Assembly: GCA_951406725.2 (NCBI GenBank) | Contig: OX597815.1 | Location: 60,574,001 to 60,638,000, forward strand | Direction of reading: 5' to 3' | Origin: Octopus vulgaris | Lineage: Eukaryota | Length of the DNA stretch: 64,000 nucleotides | In this document: positions 1-14,522 of the stretch, in pieces | How the letters are laid out: the number at the start of each line of letters is the position of its first letter | How positions within the stretch are numbered: the stretch's first letter is position 1 | The notes under the pieces: generated by a model | What the model was told of the DNA's origin: nothing | The model's input: the letters and a program-made list of their open reading frames with translations, nothing else | Database searches by the model: none | Translations under genes and position numbers: made by a program

Positions 1-527
1 TATATACTTGCATACATGCATTTGTATATGCACTCATTTAAATACCAGTGTGAGTGCGTGTGTATGCGTATGCATGCACATATATAACACCTCTACCACT
101 GTTGCCGTTGCCACTACTATATATATATATATATACATGCATACATATACACATACATATACACACACATATACATACCCACTAACTACATATATATATA
201 TGTATATATATTGTATTATAATATATATATGATTCATATATATGTGATATATGATATTTATATTATTTATATATTGTGTTTATATATATATACGTTCATT
301 TCCATATATAATTATGTCTATGTATATATATATATAAATATATGTAAAATACGTTCGAGCAGACGGTACCAAATACAAGCACTCCACAGATAACCCAGCA
401 TTAACACATAAATACATCATTAGTTTTCACAGAGCATTTTTTTCAGCGAAAATGTTCAAGAAATTTTAATAGAAATCTAGAATTGATTGAGGCTTCAAAA
501 TTAAGTGTATACAGCGACAAAAGTGTA

Positions 528-583
<56 letters not shown>

Positions 584-600
584 TTGTTGCTGCTGCTGCT

Positions 601-1143
601 TCCCTAATGCAATACCAGACACTGGCTCTCATGGCTTCTGAGCTTAACTGATTGGAAGTGCTGTCATGTACCTCGTTTTGTCTTCTATAAAAAGATGGGC
701 TATAACAAGTATTCTGTTCAATACCACATATTTGCTTGTCAGTTGTTTGAGCATTTCCCTTGGTGGCTGACGTAATATGCATTTCTGACCACGAGCAGAG
801 TTAGTAGGGGAGTATCATAAAGCCATGTGTTGAGAGGAATTCTTTGGTATTTGAATGAATCACCTCTGAGAACATGAGTGTTTTGTTCAACATCCTTAAA
901 CAACCCTTATTTAGGGACTTTTTGAACGGGATAGGCAACTCGATCAAAGGAAAATTCTAAACGGACACCACCTGGAAGGTCAGGCACTTTTTATCTTGGC
1001 ATAAGATCACTATGTCACGAACATATGGTTGTGAAACATAAGCCTGGTGTACCCTTATCAGACGGGTAGTCAGGATGGCTATATTGGGTTTCGTATATTT
1101 TACCCCAGTGTTACTTTGATGGCAAGCACTGTTCTCTCACTCA
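601..1143. repeat. Probable interspersed repeat of unclear class between (TAC)n tracts
   Basis: Complex non-coding sequence bounded on both sides by (TAC)n/(TAA)n microsatellites like the neighbouring LINE fragments; no protein motif seen. Confidence 0.3.
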
Positions 1144-1144
1144 A

Positions 1145-1231
<87 letters not shown>

Positions 1232-1233
<2 letters not shown>

Positions 1234-3130
1234 GAATGGATAGATTATTGGAAAGCCTATGGCATGATCCCAACGCATGGATAAGTGAATGTTTGAGTAT
1301 ATTCAGTATAGCAGACAACATGAGAGAATTAATTAGCTGTAGCATGAGGAAATGGAAAGTAGATCTCTATTCAGGTGACACAAACTTAAGGTAAGTTAAT
1401 ATCAAAAGAAAAATTTTCCAGGGGGACTCGCTGTACCCTTTAATATTTGTCTTATGTCTGATGCCCCTCATTTTAATATTAGGGAAGGCAAAGGCAGGAT
1501 ATCAGTTCAGAAATACTAAGAGAAAAATTAGCTCTACAGAGATGATCTGAAACTTTTTAGTAAGAATGAAAAAGAGATTGATCCCGTAATACAGACTGTA
1601 AAACTCTTCAGCAAAGATATAGGCATGAAATTTTACTTAGATAATTGTGCAATATTAGTCATGAAAAGGGGACAGATAATCAACAGCGAAGGCATCCAAT
1701 TACCAGATGGCTATACATTAAAATCATTGACAGGAGGAGAGGATTATAAGTATTTAGGAGTATTAGTATCTGACAGAGTACTAACTATAACAACGAAAAT
1801 GAAAATTGAGAAGGAGTACATTAAAAGGGTAAGTAAGCTAATGAAGTCAAATCTAAATGGTCCGAATCTAGTGAAGGCTGCAAATACTTGGACAGTATCA
1901 TTACTTGGATACTCAACCGCTTCTGTACATTGGACAAAAACTGAATTGGCGAAGCTAAACAGAAGAACTAGGATGGAATTCAAGAAGAATGGAGGACTCC
2001 ACCTAAGGGCAGGAGTTGCAAGATTATACCTACAAGGAATGCTAAACAGGGTTAATATCAGTAGAAGACTGCGTGGAATTACCTAGAGTAGATATAGAGT
2101 CCTATGTAGGTAATAATGAAGAAAGTTTATTAAAAGCTGCTAAAATCACAGCAAGACATAGGGAAACCAAAAGCCCAAACGAGCATAAAAATCAGAAAAA
2201 GAACTGAAATTATCTGACTGGCAGGAGACGGCGCCGCATGGTAGATTCCTAAAGATAGTTTTAGCAAATAGCATTAATGAGACATGGTTATGTTTGCAGT
2301 CAGGACAGTTGAAAAGTGGGACAGAAAGTTTGTTAGAAGCTGCATAGGATCAAGCATTAAGGACTAATTGGATAACACCCAATTGGACAAAAACCAAGTA
2401 GATTCCCAATGTAGATTATGCGAATCAAAAGAGGAAAGTGTAATTCATATAGTAAGTAAATGTTGTATGCCGACACAGAAAGAATACAAGAAAAGACATG
2501 ATAAAATAGGGGGAGCAATCCACTGGGAGCTATGTAGAAAGCTAGGAGTTGAACATACTAATAAATAGTACGGGTATGAACCTAATAAAGTACTAAAACG
2601 TAAGTAATATAAGATGTTGTGGAGCTTTAAAATTCAGATCTCCCTCCCAAACGAACTTTAAAATTCAGTCTCCCTCCCAAACGAACTTAAAAATCAGGAA
2701 AAAAGAACTGAAGTTATCTGACTGGTAGAAGGTGTTGCCTGGTAGATTCCCAAAGATAGTTTTAGCAAATAGTAGTAGTGAAACATAGTCATGTTTGCAG
2801 ACAGGAAAGTTGAAAAGTCAGGCAGAAAGTTTGTTAGTAACTGTACAACATCAGGCATTAAGGACTAATTGGATAAAAGCCAAGATAGACAAAAACCAAG
2901 TAGATTCCCAATGTAGGATATGCAAATAAAAAGAGGAAGGCGTTACTCAAATAGTAAGTGAATGTAGCATGCTAGTACAGAAAGAATACAAGAAAAGACA
3001 TGACGATCAAGGGAGAGTAATCCACTGGGAGTTACGTAGATAACTAGGATTTGGGCATACTGATAAATGGTACGAACATAAATTTAATAAAATACTAGAA
3101 AGTAAGAAATTTTAGATGTTGTGGAACATT
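1232..3130 (+). mobile_element. Degenerate R4/Dong-type RLE non-LTR retrotransposon, 5'-truncated, C-terminal part duplicated
   Basis: Starts right after (TAA)n. RT fragments IFQGDSL and YKYLG; CCHC motif CRLCESKEESVIHIVSKC and RHD; many stops and frameshifts; about 2185-2636 repeated at about 2688-3130. Confidence 0.85.
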
Positions 3131-3432
3131 ACTGATACCGTAATAGAAGCTATCGGACGCGATACCTTCCCTAAAATCTCCAGCCTTGTGAACGTCGTTC
3201 GGATTACATTTTATTATTAACATATTACTCATGCATGCTCTCAACCTACTTACGTTGCTGTGGAAGAGCAAACAAATGTTTTAACTGTATTTAACGTACT
3301 ACATAACGATATAGCCCTGGTTTTCATGAGAACCACAACTATAACACAATTTTAAAATAACGGCATGATTATTATTATTATTATTATTATCATTATTATT
3401 ATTGCTATTGTTGTTGTTTTTGTTGTTGTTAT

Positions 3433-4335
3433 TGCATTTGTACAGCTTCTAACGCTGGAGATGTACTACGGTGTCAGCTGTTCCCTACCAGTGAACTAAG
3501 GTAAGACCTCTTATTTTCCAAGCACCTTCCGGAATATTCGAGCGCTGCAAGTGATCCACCCTTATTGTAGCCCCTATGTACTTGTCAAGATTTTTACTCA
3601 CTGTGCCCACGGGTGTAGCGCCCCATGCAGCGTCATCAACTTTCTCGTCCTTCTGTCTTAACTAGTTATTCTCTTTTCAAGGTTATTTTGGAACATATTT
3701 CTAAGCCAAATTTCATGTTTATTTCTTGGTTATTTCATGTATATTTCTTGCACAGTCTGTAGTAATGTTTATCATTTGTAGCGTAGACTTTTAGATTATC
3801 CATAGACAAGATATGGCTGATGGTTTTGCTGTAACACTTGTAACCACGCCTAGTTCTATTTAGCATGTCAAATAAAGGTGTCAGTGCAAAGCAGAAAAGG
3901 AGTGGAGAGATCGTGTCTCCCTAGAATATTCCTCTTCTATTGGGGATGTCTTTGGTGTTTCTGAGTCCCTCTTTTGTCTGGAGTTGTAGCACCGTCTGTC
4001 ATTTATTCATGGAATGTTTTATATATTTTATGATTATTCGTACTACCTTGTTCATGGCTAGTGTTTCTAGGATCCATGTGTTGGGAATACTATCAAAACT
4101 CTTTCGATAATCGATTATGGACATACCTGTGGCTGTCTCCAGTTATTGTTTTATTCGTCAGTAGCTGGTCTTTGCAGCTGTATGATCCCTTACAACATCC
4201 CTTCTGCTCTTCTGGAAACATGTTGTTTTCTTCCGGATGTTTGACCATTCTCTGCGATATTATAGTAGTAAAGGCTTTATTAATTGTAGGGAGACAAGTT
4301 ATTGGTCCGTAATTTTGTGGGTTTACCGTTTCAGT
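3433..4335 (-). mobile_element. Internally deleted chimeric R4/Dong LINE copy
   Basis: Minus strand reads as RT (RPITCLPT, EEQKGCCKGSYSCKDQL) fused to the RLE C-terminus and 3' UTR; flanked by (ATT)n; shares its junction with 9236-9800. Confidence 0.8.
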
Positions 4336-4364
4336 TGATTATCATCATCATCATCATTATAATG

Positions 4365-4407
<43 letters not shown>

Positions 4408-4410
<3 letters not shown>

Positions 4411-4556
4411 TATGTTTGACATTTGCTTTATGTCTGTACAAGTTGGCTCCAAGTCTCACCCAGAGACCTCAAGAGACAACAGGTTGGAAGGTCACGTTGT
4501 TGTTATGTCTAGTGTGCCATATATTTGGGGTTTTTTTGGTGTTGTACTAGTGAATG
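4408..4556 (-). mobile_element. R4/Dong LINE 3' UTR fragment
   Basis: Reverse complement of the 3' end of the 11133-14524 element (aacctgttgtctcttgaggtctctgggtgagacttggagcc...caaacatagaataataa); lies in (ATT)n. Confidence 0.8.
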
Positions 4557-4573
4557 TCTAATACATAAAAAAA

Positions 4574-4616
<43 letters not shown>

Positions 4617-4648
4617 CATTATTATTATTAATATTAATATCAAATAAT

Positions 4649-5370
4649 ATGTAAACCACGAACAGTGATACAAGAGAAAGTTAATAACGAGATGAATGTT
4701 ACAATTGGTAGTGTCTTCCCGACTCCTAGGGCAAAGAAACCCACTGTATAGTATAATAATTAAGTAGTCCATTAAATAGGTAGACCATTAAAATAAACAC
4801 ACGAGACTGTTCATTTACAAAGTCATGTGAAGCAAAAAGGGGAAAGTAGAAAGAAAGAAAAAGAAAAGAAAATAAGAAAAATGAGAAAAAGAAAAAGAAA
4901 ATAAAGAATAAAAGGAGTAAGAAAATTCACAGTGACAATGCTCTTCTCAAGGAAAATTCTAGATATTTTAATGCTTGCAAAACTCTCTCCACTTGCTTAC
5001 AATACATTAAGACGCATCCATTCTACCCGACACTTTTTCCCGTTTTCAGACATAGATTCATCCTTATATTTGCCTCAACACACTCGTCCTTTCAACATTT
5101 CTTAACTCCACTCCACGCCTTAAACAGTATTCCCATCTGGTTTCTAACTTAGCCTTCTTTTCTCTCAGAGTATTTCTCTTTGTGATTCTTTTTATGCCCC
5201 CTGTCTTCTGATTAGTAACGTCCGAAACGTCAAGTCTCTTTGTCTTATAGAATTGAAGTAATACTTTATTCGTTAAAATATATTATTTTTACTGTTCCTC
5301 CTATTTACAACCAACTGTAACATTCATCTCGCTATTAGCTTTCTCTTATATCACTGTTCATGGCTTACAT
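4649..5370 (+). mobile_element. Penelope-like element remnant with inverted terminal repeat
   Basis: About 60-bp inverted repeat, 4649-4709 vs 5310-5370; degenerate minimal hammerhead at 5205-5234; GIY-YIG C-terminus-like remnant near 5000-5130. Confidence 0.55.
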
Positions 5371-6399
5371 AAAAATAAGGGCGCGTCTCCTATTCCCTCT
5401 TCAAACAGAAGTATAAAACACAGTTGCGATAGAAAAAGTAACAAAATAATGGTAGATAAAATATATGGTTTACGTGGTCAGCTTTAATCCATATATACCG
5501 TAGCATGGAACTGCTTACAAGAGTGGACTTAATATCTTGATATGTATTCGTAATGCAATGGTCATTGCAACACAATATCACAGTCTTTTCAGAGAAGCGC
5601 AAACACAATATTATGAGATATCTAGAATACCTCAGAGCAAACCTCTGTGGTATCGATGCCATGCGACTCTGAATCTCAACATGTTCATTAAATAAAAGTC
5701 TGTTTGTTAGTCAAAGGAAATATCTGTATTTCTCGGTTTAGATTTCAAAAATATAACCCAGGGCTGAGAGTATAAAGGTCGATTTCCATTGATCCGGTCG
5801 AAGAGTTATAGCGCATTGGGAAGGATTAAATTCTGGTTGGTTGAACCCCTCGCACATTGTGAGAGCGGCCATTGATGAAGCGAGGGAGAGAAAGAGACGA
5901 GGAGTGAAAAGAGAAGAAAGGCAGGAAAAAGGGAAATAGCTGAAAAGGGACTGAGATGAAAGAAAACAAATGAAGAAAAGAAAGGAAGAGAAGGATAAGG
6001 AGGAGAGGGAGGAGGAGGAGGAAGAAGAAGAAGAAGAAGAAGAAGAAGAAGAAGGAAAAGAAACATAGGTAATAGGTTAGGATGAAGTATAGAAAGGTAT
6101 GTGTGATTAGGAAGAAAGGATTTACTATGAATACTGGGAATAATATGAATATTATTATTATTGTTGTTGTTGTTGTTGTTGTAGTGATGATAATGATGAT
6201 GATGACGAGGACGTCAGATGACAGCCGGTCAAATTTCGTTGATTACTAATATTTCGATGACTTTACAGGTATTTATGTTATATAACGTCGTACAACTTTC
6301 CTACATCAATCAATCGTTTGAATAATCGATAAGGTAAAACTCAGATTATGTTTCAAGGACTTTCAGCATCTCATAAAGAAGATGATGATGATGATGATG

Positions 6400-6448
<49 letters not shown>

Positions 6449-9115
6449 GGATCCGCGGTATGAGAAACGCCAACGTTTCTTTGAACAAAACAAAAAGTTC
6501 AACTCCAACCCCAAAAAGTTCTACCAAGAACTTGGAAAAATAAAATAGACATCACTGCAACACCAACGGCAGAAGAAGTGGAAAAATTCTGGAAAGGAAT
6601 ATGGTCGGCGAATGAACAACCAAAAAAAAGGTGTATTAAAATAACAAACATAGCATCTGCGCAAATTTGGACCCCCCATAACAACTGAAGAGGTCACCCA
6701 GGCACTACAAAGAATAAGCAACTGGAAGGCACCTGGGCATGACAAGACTTCTGGTTGAAATATCTACCAAAAATGCACAAAAAGCTGGCTGAAAACTTTA
6801 ACAACATACTGGCAAAGCCAGACACAATGCTTGAATGGCTCACGAAGGGGAAAACCATCTTAATTCCCAAATCCAATAAGACAGCAAAACCAGAAAACTA
6901 CAGACCTATAACCTGTCTCCCTACAATGTACAAAGCATTTACTGCAGTAATATCACAAAGATTAAACAAGCACCTGGACGAAAACAATCTCTTTCTAGAA
7001 GAGCAGAAAGGATGCCGCAAAGGCTCATTTGGCGATAAAGATCAACTGATGATCAATAAAGCCATAACTGAAGATAGCCACAGAAAGGAGAAAGACCTCA
7101 GTATGGCATGGATCGACTACAGAAAGGCGTTTGATAGCATCCCCATACATGGATCCTCGCAACACTAGCCATTAACAAAGTAGCACCAACAATCATAAAA
7201 TACATAGGACACTCTATGAACAAATGGCAAACAGTGCTACAGCTCCAAACAAAAGAGGGACTCATGAAAACCAAAGCCATCCCCATTAAAAGAGGAATAT
7301 TCCAGGGAGACACGCTCTCTCCACTCCTTTTCTGCTTGGCACTGTCACCTCTATCTGATATGCTAAATAGAACTGGATGCGGATATAAATGTTACGGCAA
7401 AACGATCAGCCACCATTTATATATGGATGACCTAAAACTATACGCTACAAATGACAAACAGCTGGAAACACTACTAAAGACTGTTCATGGATTTACCAAA
7501 GAAATAGATATGAAATTTGGATTAGAAAAATGCGCCAAAGTAACCCTGAAAAGAGGAAAACTAGTTAAGAGTAGCAACATCACACTAGATAAAACCAATG
7601 AAATAAAAGAATTAGACCAAGGCAAAACTTACAAATACATAGGAATCCATGAACTAGATAAGACACAACACACACAAATGAAAGAGAAAATATAAAAAGA
7701 TAATAGACGAGTTAGATCAATACTAAAAACAGAGCTCAATCCTAAAAACAAGATAATAGGTATTAACACTTTAGCCGTCCCAGTTATAAGTTACAGCTAC
7801 AATATCTTTAACTGGACACTAAATGAACTGACCAAAATAGATAGGAAAACAAGAAAAATAAGGACAGGATCTAAGATACATCACCCAAAATCTGACATAG
7901 AAAGGCTATATATACAACGTATAGAAGGTGGTAGAGGCCTTATAAAGCTGGAAAACTTCTATAAAATAACCACCATAGGACTGCAAAAATACTTACTTCT
8001 GAAGCAAGGAAAACTGATACAAATAGCGGTAAAACACGAGCAAAACAAAAAAGTGTCCTCAGTATTTAAGGAAGCTGACAAATACAAACAAGAAATCATA
8101 CCACCTAACAAATATGAAGAAGAAGAAGAAGAAGAAGAAGAAGAAGAAGAAGAAGAAGAAGAAGAAGAAGAAGAAGAAGAAAACACAACAAAAGCTATAA
8201 AGCAAATGAAATCAAAACTAAAACTAGAACAGCAACGGATCATGATAAAACGATGGCAAGAATAGCCCCTTCATGGCAAGTACTGGGCTAAACTAAATGC
8301 AAAAGAAATAGACAAAGAAAAATCCCAGCAATGGTTGAGAAGCTCAGGACTCAAAGCAGAAACAGAGGGATTTTTAATTGCAGCACAAGACCAAAGCCTC
8401 CCCACCAGAAATTACCAAAATCATGTAATGAAAAGAAATATAACGAGTAATTGCAGAATATGTGGAGATGGACAAGAAACAATAAATCATATTATCTCTG
8501 GCTGCCCAGTCCTGGCTAAGAAGGAATATATTCACAGACACGACAGAATTGGGACCTACATACACTGGAAGCTATGCTAACATTATGGAATAACAACAGA
8601 AAAAGGATGGTATAGGCACACACCAAAAAAGGTCACAGAAAACGAGAAAGCAACCATACTCTGGGATATGCCAATACACACAGATAGAGAAATTAAGGCC
8701 AACAGACCAGATATAGTTGTCAGAGATCATGAAGAAAAAAAATGCTTTCTAACTGATGTATCAATACCGGCAGATGACAACGTGTCTCTAAAAGAAATGG
8801 AGAAACTCTCAAAATACAAAGACGGGGAAATAGAGGTAACTAGAATGTGGAATCTAAAAACAGAAATAATTCCTATCATAGTAGGTGCATTAGGCATGAT
8901 AAAACAATATTCAGACAAATACATAACAAAAACACCAGGACTTACAAACACATATAACATACAGAAAATTTCACTACTAGGCACTGCATACATCCTACAC
9001 AGAACACTTTCAATACAGTAACCATCAGAGCATCACAACAAATCACAGCACATACCCAAGGCACACAGAGCTGCACTCGGTTGTGAAGTGAAAGCACGTT
9101 ATAAAAATAAAACTA

Positions 9116-9120
<5 letters not shown>
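6449..9120 (+). mobile_element. R4/Dong-type RLE LINE, 5'-truncated, pseudogenised
   Basis: RT ORF pieces 6755-7168 and 7216-7695 (YRPITCL, IFQGDTLSPLLF, YMDDLKLY); CCHC CRICGDGQETINHIISGC; RLE RPDIVV..D..K in 8668-9021; (TAA)n at both ends. Confidence 0.95.
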
Positions 9121-9168
<48 letters not shown>

Positions 9169-9235
9169 TGATGATGATGATGATGACGATGATGATGATG
9201 ATGATAATAATAACAACAACAACATTAATAATAAA

Positions 9236-9800
9236 CACCAAAGCTATCCCCATTAGAAGAGGAATATTCTAGGGAGACACGATCTCTCCACTCCTTTTCT
9301 GCTTTACACTGACACCTTTATTTGACATGCTAAATAGAACTGGGCATGGATACAAGTGTTACAGCAAAACCATCAGCCATATCTTGTCTATGGATAATCT
9401 AAAAGTCTACGCTACAAATGATAAACATTACTACAGACTGTGCAAGAAATAAACATGAAATAACCTAGAAATAAACATGAAATTTGGCTTAGAAATATGT
9501 TCCAAAATAACCTTGAAAAGAGAAAAACTAGTTAAGAGTAGTACTGGATAGAAGGACGAGAAAGTTGATGACGTTGCATGGGGCACTACACCCATAGGAA
9601 CAGTGAGTAAAAATCTTGACAAGTACATGGAACAAATAGGGGCTACAATAAAGGTGGATCACTTGCAGAAAACAGCACTGCTTGGAACCGCTCGAATATT
9701 CCGGAAGGTGCTTGAAAAATAAGAGGTCTTACCTTAGTTCACTGGTAGTGAACAGCTGACACCGTAGTACATCTCCAGCGTTAGAAGCTGTACAAAGGCA
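9236..9800 (+). mobile_element. Internally deleted chimeric R4/Dong LINE copy
   Basis: RT piece similar to 7270-7570 joined to a different RLE C-terminus (LQKTALLGTARIFRKVLE*) and 3' UTR; flanked by (TAA)n; inverted near-copy of 3433-3960. Confidence 0.8.
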
Positions 9801-9827
9801 ATAATAATAATAATGATGATGATGATG

Positions 9828-9881
<54 letters not shown>

Positions 9882-10075
9882 TTAAGGTTACATGCTGTAG
9901 CCCGATAGGAGGATCCTTGGCATTTAAGGCAACTTGTAGCTCAATATTAGGATTCTTTTCTTATCCAACAGTCTAATATGCTGATTATATGTGAATAATA
10001 ATAATAATGATGATGATGATGTTGATGATGATGATGATGATGATAACAACAGCAACAACAACAACAACAATAATA

Positions 10076-10866
10076 AATGCTTGCAAGAGATATGGACGCA
10101 AAGACAGATACAGAGGACCGGTGACTATGGATGATGAGGAGTGAGCTGAAGATAGAGACAGAAGCAATCATATGCCCAGCAGAAGGACAAGCTTTAAGGA
10201 GCAAGTATGTGAAGTGCAGAACAGACAACATTACCGACAGTGACAAATGCAGAATGTGTGGTGAGAGGGGTGAAACGGTATGGCACATCGTTAGCGAATG
10301 TTCGAAATTGGCACAAAAGACGCCATGACAATGTAGCAAGAATGATCCATTGGGAGCTCTGTGGAAATCACAGCCTACAAAGAGCAAAGACATGGTATGT
10401 GTCTCTGGAAGGAGTCAGCGAAAGTGAGAATTGCAAAATCCTGTGGGATGCAATATATCGGAAACTGGATATTGTTGTGGTGAATAAAAAAGAAAGAACA
10501 ATCATGATAATTGACATAGCATACCCCGGTGACAACAGGATCAATGAGAAAGAAGAAGAAAAAATAAACAACTATGACGATTTAAAGTGGGAAATATGAA
10601 GGTTGTGGTCAATGAGGAGAGTAGATGTGATACCAATAGTAATTGGTGCACTTGGAAGTATCAGCACTCAACTACCAGCATGGCTGAAAAAGATTGGTGC
10701 AAGTGTGAAGGTAGAACGGTTACAAAAATCAGCATTGCTTGGAACTGCAAAACTTTTTCGCAAGATTCTTGAAGCATGACCAGTAAACAAGTGTCAGCTT
10801 GGACAGCTGTGGACAGCTGACACTTTCCATCCCACCCAGCAAAATAAGCTGTGAATTTTCATCACA
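10076..10866 (+). mobile_element. R4/Dong LINE 3' fragment (zinc knuckle plus RLE)
   Basis: CRMCGERGETVWHIVSEC, RRHDNVAR, KLDIVVVNKKERTIMIIDIAYPGD; flanked by trinucleotide tracts. Confidence 0.88.
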
Positions 10867-10913
10867 TACTACTACTACTACTACTAATGATAATAATAAT
10901 GATGATGATGATG

Positions 10914-10950
<37 letters not shown>

Positions 10951-10992
10951 TAATAATAGTAATAATAATAATAATAGTAATAATAATAATAA

Positions 10993-11066
<74 letters not shown>

Positions 11067-11075
11067 ATAATAGTA

Positions 11076-11132
<57 letters not shown>

Positions 11133-11133
<1 letters not shown>

Positions 11134-14100
11134 GAGTTAGTATAAGTGATAGGCAAAGTGAAATACTCCCTGAACCAATCATAAACACTAAGACAGATGA
11201 GCATCAAATAGATAAAGAAAGTCACACAAATATTGACCCAACAGAACTACATGAGCTAAAAAATCAAATCATGATTGAATGGCTGAAAATTAAAGAAACC
11301 AGCATGGATGAACGTGATACACTTCCTAAAATCCGCAACTCTAACCAAAACATGAAAATAATTGGTAAAATCCGGCTTGCACTTAAGGATATAATTTCAG
11401 CTAATGATGTTGATATCACAAACCTCAACCACCTATACTATGTATCCGCGAAAATCTCAACGATCCTATGTGGTGTAAAGATTAGAAAACGGCAACATTC
11501 CCACAACAAGCCTTCTTGGCAAGAGCGTATGCAACAACAAATTAAAATATTTAGATCTGACATTGAATATTTGAAAAACCTTAAGGCTCACAAGACTACC
11601 AAACCCATAAAAACCCAAAAATTACTGAAAAAATACAATATGAAAACTATACTTAATATTGATGCCACCATAGAAACCATCAAACAAAAGGTATCTGCCA
11701 AAGCTGCCCGCATAGCGAGGTATGAAAAGCGTGTTAGATTTTTCAAGGACAACAGCATGTTCAAAAATAACACCAAGAATTTTTACAGGAAGATAGGAAA
11801 AACAGCGTTTACTGCAAGGTCTGTACCATCAAAAGAAGAAGTGCAGGGATTTTAGAATAAAATCTGGGCAGAAGAAAAAACACACAACGAAAAGGCCCCC
11901 TGGATTGACAAAATATCTACAGAACTGGACCCCTTAGCAGAGCAAAAGTGGGAGGGTGTCAAGGTAGAAGATATAAGATCTGCTCTCAGGAGGTCAAGCA
12001 AATGGAAGTCTCCAGGAAAGGATAAAATTCCTAACTTCTGGCTGAATGCCTTCCCAGAGAGCCATGAACTGCTAACAAAACTGTACAATGATGTTTTGCA
12101 ACACCTTAGTAGGATGCCTCCTTCGCTAGTTACTGGGTTAACATTCCTGCTTCCAAAAAGTGATGAAACAAATGAACCAAAAAACTATAGACCCATAACC
12201 TGCTTAACAACTATGTACAAAACACTAACATCTGTCCTGACGGAATATACCTATAGTTTTTTAACAGACAGCAGCATATTCCCTAATGAACAGAAAGGAT
12301 GTAAACGTGGATCCTACGGCTGTAAAGACCAACTACTCATCAATAAGATGATCTTAGAAGATCGTCACAAACGACACAAAAACTTATCAATAGCCTGGAT
12401 AGACTATAAAAAGGCTTTTGATAGCCTACCACATAGCTGGATTAGGAAATGTCTGGAAATGTATAAGATAGCACCTACTCTGCGAAACTTCTTGACTGTA
12501 AGTATGAGATCATGGAGAACCATACTAACTCTGAACAGTGACAATGAATCCCTAAATGCTGGTGATGTAAAAATTTCGTGTGGCATTTTCCAGGGTGACT
12601 CACTGTCACCACTTCTCTTTTGTTTATCCTTAATACCTCTCTCAAAGCTGCTCAATGACGCGCAGTACGGGTATAAAATGTTTGATAAAAATATAAATCA
12701 TCTCATTTACATGGATGATTTAAAGCTTTTTGCAAAAAATGACCAACAACTCAAGGGCTTACTAGCGATAGTCAAACAATTCAGTGACGACATCAGAATG
12801 CAATTCGGCCTCGATAAATGTGCAAAAGCTACCTTTATCAAAGGAAAAATGACAGAAACATCTAACGTTAACCTTGACCAGCAGAATGTCATAAAAGAAC
12901 TAGACCCAGCGGAGAGCTACAAGTACCTAGAGGTAATTGAAGGGAACGGAATAAGGCATTCAGAGATGAAGGAAAGGATCAGGAGAGAATGCTATCGAAG
13001 AGTAAGAGCAATACTCAAGACAGAGCTGAATGCAAGAAACAGGATCGAAGCGATCAATGCATTAGCCATACCAGTCGTGACTTACAGTTTCAATATTGTT
13101 AACTGGTGAATTACTGAAATATGTCAGCTCGACAGAACAATAAGGAAACTGTTGACAATGCATAGAATGCACCACCCTAAGGCAGATACAGAACGACTCT
13201 ATCTGCCAAGAAAAGAGGAGGCCGTGGTCTTTTACAACTGGCAATAACAATGAAGATTGCTACAATTGGCCTAGACACCTACCTGAAAAACTCTGAGGAC
13301 TGGATGTTAAAACTTGTCTCAAAACATGAAAACAAGAAAGCATCATACTCAGTCACAAAACAGGCAAAGGAATATCTAAGTGAATTCCGAATACAACCAA
13401 TTTCGGAATTAGAGATAGATATACAAGAAACAAGCACAGAAAAAGCTAGGCGCATGAAAACCCGTGCCATAACTGCGGCCTTAGATATTCTGAATAATAA
13501 ATTGCAAGAAAAACCTCTCTATGCCAAATACCCAAAGAGAGCGAATAATGCAGATATCGACAAAGCCCTGACCCATCAATGGCTTAAAATCTGAAACAGA
13601 GGGGTTTATCATAGCAGCTCAAGACCAATGCCTACCAACAAGAAACTACCAGGCCAACATATTAAAGAACGGCAGTAGCCCAACATGTCGTGTATGCCGA
13701 CAACAAAATGAAACCATTGATCATGTTGTCTCCAAATGCAGTCTTCTAGCGCCTACAGAGTACCTCAATAGGCATGATAGAGCTGCACAATATATTCACT
13801 GGGTAATTTGCAAAAACCTGGATTTGCCCCATGAAAAAAACTGGTGGGAACACAATCCACCTCCAGTGCTTGAAAATGACCACATCTCACTCCTCTGGAA
13901 CTTCACCATTCAAACTGACAGGAAGATAGATGCAAATAGGCCAGACATCATATTGAAAGACTTCAGACAAAGAACATGCCTCCTCATTGATATGACTGTC
14001 CCAATCGATATAAACGTATCTGTCAAGACCTACCAAAAACTGAGCAAATATAAAGATCTTGAAATAGAAATCAGCAAAATGTGGAAGCTGAAGACTAAAA

Positions 14101-14522
14101 CAATACCTGTTGTCATAGGTGCCCTGGGAATGATAGCGAAAGGGACTGATTGCTACCTAACTCAGATACCAGGAAACCCCAAAATGGCAGAAATTCAAAA
14201 GATAGTGCTCATGGGAACTGCTCATATCCTACGCAAAATACTCTCTATGTAATCCCAAGGTTTAAAACAAACTTTTTTTTTAAATTTTTATTTTAATTTT
14301 TTTTTATTTTAATTTTTTTTAAATATTTTTTAATTTTATTTTTTATTTATTTTTTTTTTAATTTTATTTTTTTATTATTTTTTTTATGTATTAGACATTC
14401 ACTAGTACAACACCAACCCCCACCCAAATATATGGCACAGAACTTCCAACCTGTTGTCTCTTGAGGTCTCTGGGTGAGACTTGGAGCCATCTTGTACAGA
14501 CATAAAGCAAAAGTCAAACATA

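Noticed and set aside
10851-11132. Hydrophobic poly-I/V N-terminus of the 334-aa ORF as a transmembrane region
   Set aside because: It is the (TAA)/(TAG)n target tract read through into the R4 ORF
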